Part shown: positions 19,659-30,784 of the stretch, in pieces | How the letters are laid out: each line of letters begins with the position of its first letter | Numbering within the stretch: the stretch's first letter is position 1 | Source of the DNA: an uncultured delta proteobacterium | GTDB lineage: Bacteria; Myxococcota; Myxococcia; Myxococcales; Myxococcaceae | Assembly: GCA_963771175.1 (NCBI GenBank) | Contig: CAVYSY010000021.1 | Location: forward strand, 236,151 to 300,150 | Length of the DNA stretch: 64,000 nucleotides | Reading direction: 5' to 3' | Position numbers and translations under genes: made by a program | The notes under the pieces: model-generated | Told to the model about the DNA's origin: nothing | The model's database searches: none | Seen by the model: the letters and a program-made list of their open reading frames with translations, nothing else

Positions 19659-20714
19659 TCACCCCGAGTGCTGGGCGCGCCGGGAGAAGCGGAGGACGGC
19701 GCGGAAGATGGCCTCCACGGCGTCCGGATCCAGCCCCAGCTCGGAGGCCCAGGCGCGACGCGTGGCGATCACCGCTTCCTCCCGGGCCGGGTCGGGCACC
19801 GGCTGGCCCACCTGCGCCTTGGCTCGGAGCGCCCGCCGGGCCAGCTCGGCCCTCCGAGCCAGCAGCTCCACCAGCTCATGGTCGACCTGGTCGATGAGCT
19901 CGCGGGTCTCCTTGAGCTCCGGCAGGCCCGACTCCAGTGCGGGGAGGGCCATGCTCTCCGGTTCCGGCGTGCCGGCCTCCGGAGGCAGGTTCTCCAGCTC
20001 CTGATGGATGGCTCCGAGCGCGTTCAGCAGGTGTCGCCGCGCCTCCGTCGCGAACGGGTTCTCGCGCTGGATGGCGGTGAAGAGGTGCCCGGCGTCCGAG
20101 CGGACAATCTCGATGGTGCGCGACAGCGCCTTGAAGCTGGCGGGAGCGAAAGGCACGTCCACGCCCGAGCCGGCGTCCACCATTCCCTTGGCCACATAGA
20201 AGGTGAGCGCGTGGGTGTGTGCCATCACCCGGTCATGGCCCTCGGGAGTCTGCTCGATGACCTCACAGCCCAGCCGCTCGTAGAAGCGCCGGGCCCGGGG
20301 GGCCGCGTCGGGGTGGAGCGGGTTGGGACAGACCACGACGCGCAGGGGGCGCTCGGCCATGGCGAGGCTGAGCGGGCCGAAGAGCGGATGCGTGCCGACC
20401 CAGGGCACCCGCGTGCCGAGCACCTCGCTCATGGCCTGCACGGGCTTCACCTTGACGCTGCCCACGTCGAGCACCAGGTGCTCCGGCTTCAGGTGGGGGC
20501 TCATCTGCTCGAGCACGGCGTGCATTCGAGGCACCGGGACAGCCACCACCACCAGCTCGGCTCCGGCGAGCAGCTCCGGTATCGAGCCCGCGCGGAGGGT
20601 CTCGGGAATCTCGGCCGTCGGGTCCAGCGCCTTGTACCCGATGCCCGCCGCCGTCAGCAGCTCGCCGAGCGCGCGGCCGAAGCGCCCATATCCCAGGATG
20701 GCAACGTGCGTCAT
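19659..20714 (-). CDS. tyrA: Prephenate dehydrogenase with C-terminal chorismate mutase domain
   Basis: GYGRFG Rossmann motif, DVGSVK, GTHPLFGP, HDRVMA; then RELIDQVDHELVELLARR...DPAREE (AroQ-type CM). Confidence 0.85.
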   Translation of the reverse strand: MTHVAILGYGRFGRALGELLTAAGIGYKALDPTAEIPETLRAGSIPELLAGAELVVVAVPVPRMHAVLEQMSPHLKPEHLVLDVGSVKVKPVQAMSEVLGTRVPWVGTHPLFGPLSLAMAERPLRVVVCPNPLHPDAAPRARRFYERLGCEVIEQTPEGHDRVMAHTHALTFYVAKGMVDAGSGVDVPFAPASFKALSRTIEIVRSDAGHLFTAIQRENPFATEARRHLLNALGAIHQELENLPPEAGTPEPESMALPALESGLPELKETRELIDQVDHELVELLARRAELARRALRAKAQVGQPVPDPAREEAVIATRRAWASELGLDPDAVEAIFRAVLRFSRRAQHSG

Positions 20715-20884
20715 GCGCGGGACTGTACACGAGCGGCGTGGATGGGCTCGCGCCGTGAGGAGGCGACGGCTCCGGGTGGGATGTGCGCGGGAGAACACGC
20801 GGGCCCGCGTGGCTTGGACCCGGCTCGGCTCCCTGTCGCAGAGTGACTCCCACCGAGGCACTCGTGCGGCCCGAGGGAACAGAC

Positions 20885-21328
20885 GTGTCCGAAGAGAAGA
20901 AGAACGTGGAGCGGATGAGGGAAATCTACGAGGAGATGGCTCGGAGTGGGAGCGCCCAGGCCCTCCTCGACCAGCTCGCGGATGATGCCGTCTACAAGCT
21001 CTCCCTTCCCCCGGGCGTGCCCCTCAGTGGCGAGTTTCGCGGCAAGCGGGCCATCGTCGACTACTTCGACGAGCTCGGCGAGGTGCTCGAGGTGCTGGAG
21101 GTCAACACCTGGGACTTCATCGGCAATGGCAGCCAGGTCATCGTCCTCGGCGATGAGCGGTTCGTGGTGCGGAAGACGGGCAAGGTCTGCCACAGCGAGT
21201 TCGCCTTCGTGCTCGATTTCCGCGACGGGAAGATCGTCCGCGCGCTCGTCATCGAGGACCTGTCCGGCCTCGTCGAGGCCCACCAGCCCGCGAGCGGGCG
21301 CGTGGCCTCCCGTGCTTCCGGCGCGTGA
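20885..21328 (+). CDS. SnoaL/NTF2-like family protein
   Basis: LADDAVY..P...PLSGEFRGKRAIVDYF...FRDGKIVR; GAGGG RBS before GTG. Confidence 0.85.
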   Translation: MSEEKKNVERMREIYEEMARSGSAQALLDQLADDAVYKLSLPPGVPLSGEFRGKRAIVDYFDELGEVLEVLEVNTWDFIGNGSQVIVLGDERFVVRKTGKVCHSEFAFVLDFRDGKIVRALVIEDLSGLVEAHQPASGRVASRASGA

Positions 21329-21384
21329 TGGAACCGCGCCGGGCGCTCCTCCTGACCCCCGTCAACCAGGCCAGCGGGTGGTTC

Positions 21385-22629
21385 TCACACTGTCTCCGAC
21401 AAGGAGTCCTCCTGGGCCTTGTCGCCAGGGCTGGACCGTTCCATTCGCCGGGAGGGCCGCGAGAGGCAGACGCGGAACGTCGTTCCCTCCTCGGCGGTGG
21501 AGTGCACGGTGAGGGAGCCCCCGTGCGCCCGCACGATGTCGTGGGCGATGTAGAGCCCGAGCCCCAGGCTCGTGCGGACCGTCTCGTCCGTCTGCTCGCC
21601 CCGGCGGAAGGGCTCGAAGAGCAGGGGCAGCAGGCGCTCGGGGATGGGCGCTCCGTGGTTGTGCACCTCGAGGAGGACGGTCTCCGCGCCCCGCGCGTAG
21701 GTGGAGAGCGCACCGGGGTGTGCGCGCGGGCTGTACTTGAGCGCGTTGTCCAACAGGTTGGCGAGCACCTGCGCCAGCCGCTCCAGGTCCCACTCGCCCG
21801 GAGCGCCGTCGCGCGGGAGCTCACACAGGAGCAGCGCGCTCCGGGCGCGCGGCGTGGAGCTCGTCGGCGACCCGCGCGGCACAGCTCGTTGCAGGTCGCC
21901 CGAGGCGGCGGGACACCGGGATTCCACCGCCGATGCGCGCGCGGGTGAAGTCCAGGAGCAGGTCGACGATCTGCTGGATGCGCTCGCCGCCGCGCGTCAC
22001 GCGCTCGAAGGCCTTGTGCTGGGGCGGCGCGCAGCTGGCCCGACGCCAGTTGTGTCTGGGCCGTGGCGAGGATGGCGGACAAGGGCGTGCGGATGTCGTG
22101 GCCCACGATGCCCACGAGCTGCTGCTCCAGCTCGGCCGCGCGCCGGAGCTCCTCCTGGGCGCGGCGCTGCGCGGCGAGCTCCAGCGCCTGTCGCTTGAGC
22201 TGCTCGCCGCGCAGGTAGAGGTCCACGAAGACCTGCACCTTCGAGCGCAGGATGTCCGGGTCCACGGGCTTGAGCAGGAAGTCCACCGCGCCTTGCTCGT
22301 AGCCGCGGGTGATGTAGGCCGCCTCGCGGCTGAGCGCGGTGATGAAGAGGAGGGGAATGTGCCGGGTGCGCTCGCGCGAGCGGATGAGCGCGGCCGTCTC
22401 CAGGCCGGTCGAGCCCCGGCATCTGCACGTCCATGAGGATGCAGGCGAAGTCCCCCTGGAGGAGTGCCAGCAGCGCCTCGTCCCCCGAGTGCGCGAGCAC
22501 CAGCTCCTGCTCCAGCGGCTCCAGGATGGCCCGCAGGGCGACCAGGTTGGCGTGGATGTCGTCCACGACCAGGATGCGGGCACGCACAGGCTTGTCGCTC
22601 GAGGCCTCCACGGACGAAGACGAACCCAA
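21385..22629 (-). CDS. Hybrid REC-histidine kinase, multiple frameshifts
   Basis: ILVVDD, ILMDVQMPGLDG, GAVDFLLKP, GHDIRTPL, NLLDNALKY and LGLGLYIA distributed over three frames. Confidence 0.85.
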
Positions 22630-22816
22630 TCGTGAAATCTTGCTCGGACACCGAGAACCCCTGTCCTACGTGAAAGAGGCACAGCAGGCAGGCATGGGCA
22701 CGAGCCCTCCAGAGCTAGCCACTCGTCTACCGTGCGTCGCCATTTGCAACATCGCTACTGGCTCGGTTCATCCGAGCGCTGTCCGCTCGCCCCTTCCAGG
22801 TGCACAGGAGGGGTGG

Positions 22817-24055
22817 CTAGGCGGCGCTGCGTGTGGCGAGGGTCCCTTCGAGCCAGGAGACGGCGGTGCGCAGCGGGTCCCGGCTCCGGATGCTCTCCCC
22901 GGCGGCGCGAGCCCGTTCCCGCATGGGCTCGTCGCTGGCGAGCGCGCGGAGGCCCGCGGTGAGCCGGTCCACCGTCAACGCATGCTTGGGGAACGGTTTC
23001 GAGCCGAGGCCGCGCTGGTGGACGTGGTGGGCGAACACGAACTGGTCGAACGCGTGTGGCACCAGCAGTTGGGGGATGCCGGCCCGTGCTGATGCCGCCG
23101 TGGTTCCCGCCCCTCCGTGGTGCACCGAACCCGCGAGGCGCGGAAGCAGCAGCCCGTGCGACACAGGGCCCACCACATGCACGGATGAATCGAGGTCCTC
23201 TCCCCCGAGACCCGACCAGCCCGAGGACAGGAGGATTCGGACACCGGCTCTCCGCGCGGCTTCGCACACCACCCGGGTGGTCCGTCCGGGGTCATCGTCA
23301 GGCATGCTCCCGAAGCCCACGTAGATGGGCGGGGGCCCGGCGCGCAGGAACGCGTCGATCTCCGGTGGGAGCGGCCGGTCGTCGCGCAGCACGAAGGAGC
23401 CGACCTGGGGGACGTTGGCGAGGTCGGGCGACACGCGGATGAGCTCGGGGTCACAGGCGAGGAGGGCCTGCTCGCGGGGGAAGATGGAGTTGAAGATGTC
23501 CTCATCGCGCGGGAGGCCGCGCCGCACCCGGTGCGCGTTGTAGGGCTTGTCGAACAAGCGATTGTAGAACCACCGGGTGGTTCGCCAGATCGCCCGGTTG
23601 AGCCAGGGGGGCGACCGGGTGATTGGCACCATCATGGGGGGATGAGCCGAGGAGGGGAGGATCTGCGGTGTGTAACCGATATAGCGATACGGCACCCGCG
23701 CCGTGTCCGCGAGCAGGTGCGCCGCCATCGTCGCGCCTCCGCCCACGACCAGGTCCACGCCCTGGAGTCGCGGCTCGATGTCGGCCATCTGCTGCTCGAA
23801 TTCGTGGGCGAGGATCGCGTTGAGCGTCCTGATGAAGCCGAGCGGGGTGCGAGTCTTCTCGCGGGTCTCGGCGAGCAACGCCTGCACGTCAACGCCGCAT
23901 GGCCCGAAGGGGATGCCGAACGCAGCGGCCTCTCCCTGGAAGACGGGCGAGCCGAGCAGCGTCACCGAGTGGCCGGCCTGCCGCATCGCAACCGCGAGCG
24001 CGAGCATGGGCTGGAAGTCGCCGCGCGTGCCGGCCCCGATCAAGAGTGCATGCAT
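22817..24055 (-). CDS. GT1 glycosyltransferase (GtfA / sterol-glucosyltransferase-like)
   Basis: GTRGDFQP, YVGFGSM, HHGGAGTT, PHAFDQ. Confidence 0.9.
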   Translation of the reverse strand: MHALLIGAGTRGDFQPMLALAVAMRQAGHSVTLLGSPVFQGEAAAFGIPFGPCGVDVQALLAETREKTRTPLGFIRTLNAILAHEFEQQMADIEPRLQGVDLVVGGGATMAAHLLADTARVPYRYIGYTPQILPSSAHPPMMVPITRSPPWLNRAIWRTTRWFYNRLFDKPYNAHRVRRGLPRDEDIFNSIFPREQALLACDPELIRVSPDLANVPQVGSFVLRDDRPLPPEIDAFLRAGPPPIYVGFGSMPDDDPGRTTRVVCEAARRAGVRILLSSGWSGLGGEDLDSSVHVVGPVSHGLLLPRLAGSVHHGGAGTTAASARAGIPQLLVPHAFDQFVFAHHVHQRGLGSKPFPKHALTVDRLTAGLRALASDEPMRERARAAGESIRSRDPLRTAVSWLEGTLATRSAA

Positions 24056-24075
24056 GGGCGAAGGATAGATCGACT

Positions 24076-26665
24076 TCAGCTCAGCACCTTCATCGTGCCT
24101 CGCGTGACGCCGAACTGCTCGTGCACGGCCGTGCGCCGCACCGCCTCGGCCGGGGAGATTCTTCCGGCGAGCAGCTCCTGGTAGGCGGCCAGCACCCGGG
24201 CGGCTTCCTCGCGCGACTCACGGACGAACTCCACCCGGTAGCGGCGCACGCCCCGCTCCAGCAGCTTCGGCACCAGCGAGGCCGCGCTCTGCGCCTGCGC
24301 GTTGAACACCGTGTTGCGGCACCCCACGTCCACGATGACCGGGTGCTCCAGCCCGATGCGGTCCCTCAGCGAGATTTGATGCTGCTCGCACGGGCGGCCG
24401 CAGCTCTTGAAGTCGCGCCCGTTGGAGAGCGTGTGCGAGTACACGCAGTGCTCCGTGTGGAACGTGGCGATGTGGTGGTGCAGTGCCACCGCGAAGCGGT
24501 GCGCCGGCGCGTGGTCGAGCAGCGAGAAGAGCTGCGTCTCGTCCAGGTCGTGCGAGAAGGTGAGCGTGTCCAGCCCCAGGCTCAGCAGGTGCGCCGCCGT
24601 CAGCGAGTTGGTGACGTTGAGCGAGAAGTCCCCGTGCAGCACCGGGCGTGGCTGGCCCTCGGGTCGCTCCAGGAAGTGCACCATCGCGCCCCAGTGCCGC
24701 ACCAGCACCGCGTCCGGGCGCAGCTTGTCGATGCGCGCGTCGTAGCCCTCCTCGCCCGGCTTCTGCACGCGCACGGTGGCGATCGTCACGCGCAGCCCCG
24801 CCGCCCGCGCCCGCTCCACCGCGCGCTGCAGGCCCACCATCTCCATCCAGTCCAGCTCCACCTCGCGCAGGCCGGCGGCGATGACGGCCTCCAACTGCTC
24901 GTCGTTCCGGCACAGCGGCAGCAGGCGCGCTCCGTCCTCGGCCGGCACCTCGGGCACTCGCGCGAGCAGCGAGGCCCGCACCTGCTCCTTCACCGATGTC
25001 TGCGTCACCGTGCGCGCGTGGCCCCGCTCCACCGCGGCGGTGAGCTCGGCCACGAGGTCGCGGCGCAGGGCCTTGAGCTCGGAGACGGGCAGGTGCTGGC
25101 CCGGCGCCAACTCCGCGCAGTCCAGGTGCGCCAGCGTGAAGGGCGTGCCTCCGAAGGCGCCCAGCTTGTCCCGCAGCAGCGCCTCGTCCAGGCCCGCGCC
25201 CCGTGCCGGAGCCAGCGGCGTCTGGCTGGATGCCGAGCGCTCGTGCCCCCACGCGCTGGCATGCAGGTGCAGGGGCGCCCCCCGGCACTCCGGAGACCTT
25301 CAGCGTGAGCGGGATGCGACCCTCGGGCTCTCCCTGGGAGACGAGACTCTCGGTGCGGCGGGCCAGGGACGGGTCGCTGTTGAGCCACACGCGCTGGCCG
25401 GGCGCTACCCGCCCCAGGTCCGGGCCCGGGTGGCCGAAGCCCAGCACCCAGCCGTTGCCCCGCCGGTCCACGCGGAAGATGGGGCCTCCGGGCTCGTGCT
25501 TGTCCTCGGGCGTGCCCGCGTCGAAGACGACGCCCATGCCCGGGCGCGGGTCCACGGCAGCCGGCTCGGTCTCTCCCGAGAGAGGCGAGGACACCTGTCC
25601 GTTGGGGGCCTCGGGGCGCTCCTCGCCCAGGCCGAGTCCACCCGTCCACGGGCGCTCATCGGGGGTGACGAGCACCTCCTTGCCGGACACGGAGCGGACG
25701 CGGCCGAGGTACAGACCCCGGTGCTTGGGGAAGCGGCCCTCGACGAGCGTCTGGTGGTCCGAGCCCGCGAGGAAGCCGTTGGAGAAGCCGCGGCTGTACG
25801 TGAGGGACATGTCGGCCAGATCGCTCGCCAGCCGCCGCTCATCCGGCTTGCCGGCGACGACGCCGTCCACCCAGCGCCGGTACCCCTGCACGGTCGTAGT
25901 CACGTACTGCGGGCCCTTCAGGCGGCCTTCAATCTTCAGGCTGTGGACGCCGATGTCCACGAGCTCGGGGATGGCGCGCACGCCCGCGAGGTCCTTGGGG
26001 CTGAGCAGGTACCGCACCTCGCCCAGGTCGCGCGTCTGGCCATCCACCACCAGGTCATACGGCAGGCGGCATGACTGGGCGCACTGGCCCCGGTTGGCCG
26101 AGCGTCCACCCCAGGCCTCGCTCGTGAGGCACTGGCCGCTCCACGACATGCAGAGGGCGCCGTGGATGAAGACCTCCAGCTCCATGTCCGTCTGCCCGGC
26201 CAGCCGACGGATTTCGGTGACGGAGAGCTCGCGCGGCACGACGACGCGGGTGACGCCCAGGCCCCGGGCGAAGCGGATGCCCTCGGCGCTGGAGATGGTC
26301 ATCTGCGTGGAGGCGTGCAGCTCCAGCTGGGGGCAAAGGGCGCGGGCCAGCAGGGCGATGGCCGGGTCCTGGATGATGAGGGCGTCCACACCCGACTCGG
26401 CCACCCGGCGCAGGATGCGCTCCACCACGGGCAGCTCGGGCTCGAAGACGAGCGTGTTGAGCGTCACGTAGGCACGAGCCCCGGCCCGGTGGACGAGCGC
26501 CATCGTCTCGGGGAGGCGCTCCAGGGAGAAGTTGTCCGCGCGGGCCCGGGCGTTGAAGCCCTCGTCGAGCCCGAAATAGACGGCGTCCGCTCCGCTTGCG
26601 AGCGCGGCCTGGAGGGATTCGAGGTCTCCCGCGGGAGCGAGGATTTCAGGACGTCGGGAAGGCAT
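24076..26665 (-). CDS. U32-family protein with DUF3656 region (RlhA-like Fe-S hydroxylase), frameshifted at ~25100-25290
   Basis: PEILAPAG, GADAVYFG, HASTQ, HGALCMSWSGQC...NRGQCAQSCRLPY Cys cluster, LKIEGRLK; C-terminal DVGCRNTVFN. Confidence 0.9.
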
Positions 26666-26819
26666 GCCGTCTCCCATAACACGCCCCCGCCGCCCCGGAG
26701 TTCCCCGCTGGCGGAGCCCCACGGGTGCCCGGTTGTCCAAGTGGGTTCCTCCCTCGCGGCGGGTCTGGTAGGCACCCGCGTGCACGCCTCGGCCGGGGGT
26801 GCGCAAAGAGGAGGGGGAC

Positions 26820-28577
26820 ATGTTCTTGCCGAAGCAACTCGGGGTCCTGGGGTTCGTCCTGGGCGCCGCACTCGCGGTGAGCTGTGGGTCCGGCGACGAG
26901 CCGGAGATCGACTTCATCCTGCCGAGCGAGGGGATGGTCACCCGAGGCGAGCTGGGCATTGCCCTGCGCGTGCAGGGCATCGCGCCAGAGCGGGTGTCGC
27001 TCTTCGTGGATGAGGCCTGGCTGGCGAACCTCGAGGAGGCCAGCTACCGCTGGGACACGCGGAGCTGGCCCGAGGGCGAGCACACGCTGATCGCCCGTGC
27101 CTTCGCCGCGGACGAGGTCTACTCGAGCAAGGGGCTCAAGGTGGTGGTGGACCGGACGCCGCCCCAGATCGTCTCGATGCAGCCCGCGCCGGGGACGAGC
27201 GACGTCGCGGTGGATGCGCCCATCTCGCTCGTCTTCTCGGAGCCTCTCGCGGCCTCCGTGCTCGCCACCGCCTCGCTCCTGGTGAGCGTGAGCGGGGAGG
27301 GGACGGAGACCCTCGAGCCCTCCAGCCTGTCCCCGGATGGGAGGACGCTCTTCTTCCCGAGACCCTCCCGCCCCTACCTGCCGCCCGTCACCATCTCCGC
27401 CCTGCTCGTGGGCAGCGTGGAGGATGCGGTGGGCAACGTCCTGGTGCCGGCGCGTGACTCGGGCTGGTCCTGGCAGGTGCCGGTACTGCTGTCGGTGGGA
27501 GATGCCATGGCGGACCTCGACACCTCATCTCGTCCGTTCGGCGCCAGGGTCGCCTTGCGGCCCGACGGCGAGGGCCGGCCGGTGGTCGCCTGGAGCCCGT
27601 CGCCTGGCTACGTGTTTACACGCCGATGGGATGGCACGAAGTGGGTCTCGCTTCCCTCGGGTCTCGAGGTCTCCGTCAATGGCGCCTTCACCGCCAACGA
27701 CATCGTGCTGGATGCCCAGGGCCGTCCCTCGGTCGCCTGGGGCGCGACGTTGGCCCAGGGGGGCCGGTCCGCGACCTACGTGTATCGCCTGGAAGAAGCG
27801 CAGTGGAAGTTCCTGGGCGGTGTCGGTACCAATCCCGAGGGCGAGTTCCCCATCATCAAGCACGTGGCGCTGCGCGTCGCCCCTTCGGGGCTGCCCCGAG
27901 TCGCCTGGCTGGCGGAGTCGAAGACGACGCCGGGGCGCGCGGAGGTGATGGTGGTCCAGTCGCGCGGCGAGCCGGGATGGGACTTCAGCGCGCGCTCGAC
28001 CAATGCCTTGCTGGAGCGGAGCCTGGCGTTGGAGGTCACTGCCTCGGGAGACCCCGTGGTGGCATGGAGCGAGCGCACCGAGTCGTCCGGGTTTCGCATC
28101 GCGGTCCACCGGGTGGTGGCCACCGGGTGGGAGAGCCTGCCCGGGACGCCGTTGAGCACCGGCTCCGTCCATAATCCCTCCCTGGCGCTGGAGTCGGACG
28201 GGACTCCGTTGCTGGCCTGGAGTCGCGATGGAGCCATCGAGGTGCGTCGCTGGGCTGGTGGTGAGTGGCAGCCGGTGGGCCAGCCCATCCCGACTCCCAT
28301 GGGCAAGGCCAACCTGGTCGTTTCGGCTCTGGTGCTGCGGGCCTCTGGGCAGCCCCTGCTCGCCTGGAGCTATCCTGGCTGGGCGGAGGTATGGGGGTGG
28401 AAGGAAGGCGCCTGGGTCCAGCTGGCGATGCTCCGCCAGCCCACCTTTGAGGATGCGTCGCCCTGGCCCGTCTTCCTGCGGGTGGAGGGCACGGGCTCTC
28501 CGGTGATGGCCTGGATGCGGCGGGACAGCTCCTACCTGGGACGCGGCTCCCTGGACGTGTACCGCCTCAACCTCTGA
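26820..28577 (+). CDS. Lipoprotein with Ig-like (Big) domains and a repetitive beta-rich C-terminal region
   Basis: Lipobox AVSC; WDTR..PEGEHTL.ARA; VDRTPPQIVS..PA; repeated G.PVVAW...RRW.G..W units. Confidence 0.8.
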   Translation: MFLPKQLGVLGFVLGAALAVSCGSGDEPEIDFILPSEGMVTRGELGIALRVQGIAPERVSLFVDEAWLANLEEASYRWDTRSWPEGEHTLIARAFAADEVYSSKGLKVVVDRTPPQIVSMQPAPGTSDVAVDAPISLVFSEPLAASVLATASLLVSVSGEGTETLEPSSLSPDGRTLFFPRPSRPYLPPVTISALLVGSVEDAVGNVLVPARDSGWSWQVPVLLSVGDAMADLDTSSRPFGARVALRPDGEGRPVVAWSPSPGYVFTRRWDGTKWVSLPSGLEVSVNGAFTANDIVLDAQGRPSVAWGATLAQGGRSATYVYRLEEAQWKFLGGVGTNPEGEFPIIKHVALRVAPSGLPRVAWLAESKTTPGRAEVMVVQSRGEPGWDFSARSTNALLERSLALEVTASGDPVVAWSERTESSGFRIAVHRVVATGWESLPGTPLSTGSVHNPSLALESDGTPLLAWSRDGAIEVRRWAGGEWQPVGQPIPTPMGKANLVVSALVLRASGQPLLAWSYPGWAEVWGWKEGAWVQLAMLRQPTFEDASPWPVFLRVEGTGSPVMAWMRRDSSYLGRGSLDVYRLNL

Positions 28578-28786
28578 GTGGCTCTCCGCGCAGGCCCCTT
28601 CCTCCCTCGCCCCGGTCGGCCCTCCTGGGGCCGATTAGGAACAGGACGCCATCGGGGGCAAAATCTTTATTTCCCGGATTGCTGGGTCTTCCCTTGCTCT
28701 CCAAGAAAATGCATCCTGCCCCGCGCGGTCCGCCCCGCGGAGGGGAAGGGCCGCTGATTGACCCCAACCCCCCCCTAGGAGTGCTC

Positions 28787-30397
<1,611 letters not shown>

Positions 30398-30422
30398 TTC
30401 GCTGCTGACGTGAGAGGTACTT

Positions 30423-30475
30423 CGGGCCGTTGGCCTGGGGGGTCAGCCCCTCCGAGCCAGCGGCCCGTTGCTTTT
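30423..30475 (+). terminator. Probable intrinsic terminator of the amidase gene
   Basis: CGGGCCGTTGGC...GCCAGCGGCCCG stem followed by TTGCTTTT, 25 nt after the stop codon. Confidence 0.65.
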
Positions 30476-30666
30476 CCGGGCAGGTGTCCGAAATGGGGAC
30501 AGAGGTGTTCGTTTCCGGGACAGGTGGGTTGGACGCGACAACCTGTTGGACTGTCAACGAAATACGGCGATTTTGTCATGACGCTTTACATTCCAGGAAT
30601 GGGAGGTGGAGCGTTGACGCACCGGGTCGGAGGATGGGTCTTCCATCAATTCAAGGGGTTGAGCTC

Positions 30667-30682
30667 TGGCACGGAGCCTGCT
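30667..30682 (+). promoter_or_regulatory. Sigma54 (-24/-12) promoter candidate
   Basis: TGGCACGGAGCCTGCT has GG-N10-GC spacing and matches TGGCACG-N4-TTGCW at all but one position. Confidence 0.65.
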
Positions 30683-30692
30683 TTAGAGGACA

Positions 30693-30767
30693 GCGGCCGT
30701 CTCCTCACGGCCAGACGAGAGCGGCGGACGGCCCTTTGCCAGAGGGGTCGCCCGCCGCTGTTTTTTT
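30693..30767 (+). ncRNA. Candidate ~75-nt small RNA
   Basis: Begins at the predicted sigma54 +1; hairpin GGCCGT-CTCCTC-ACGGCC, then a GC-rich terminator stem (30721-30758) and a T7 run; no ORF. Confidence 0.5.
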
Positions 30768-30784
30768 CCTCGTCCGCTGGTGCT

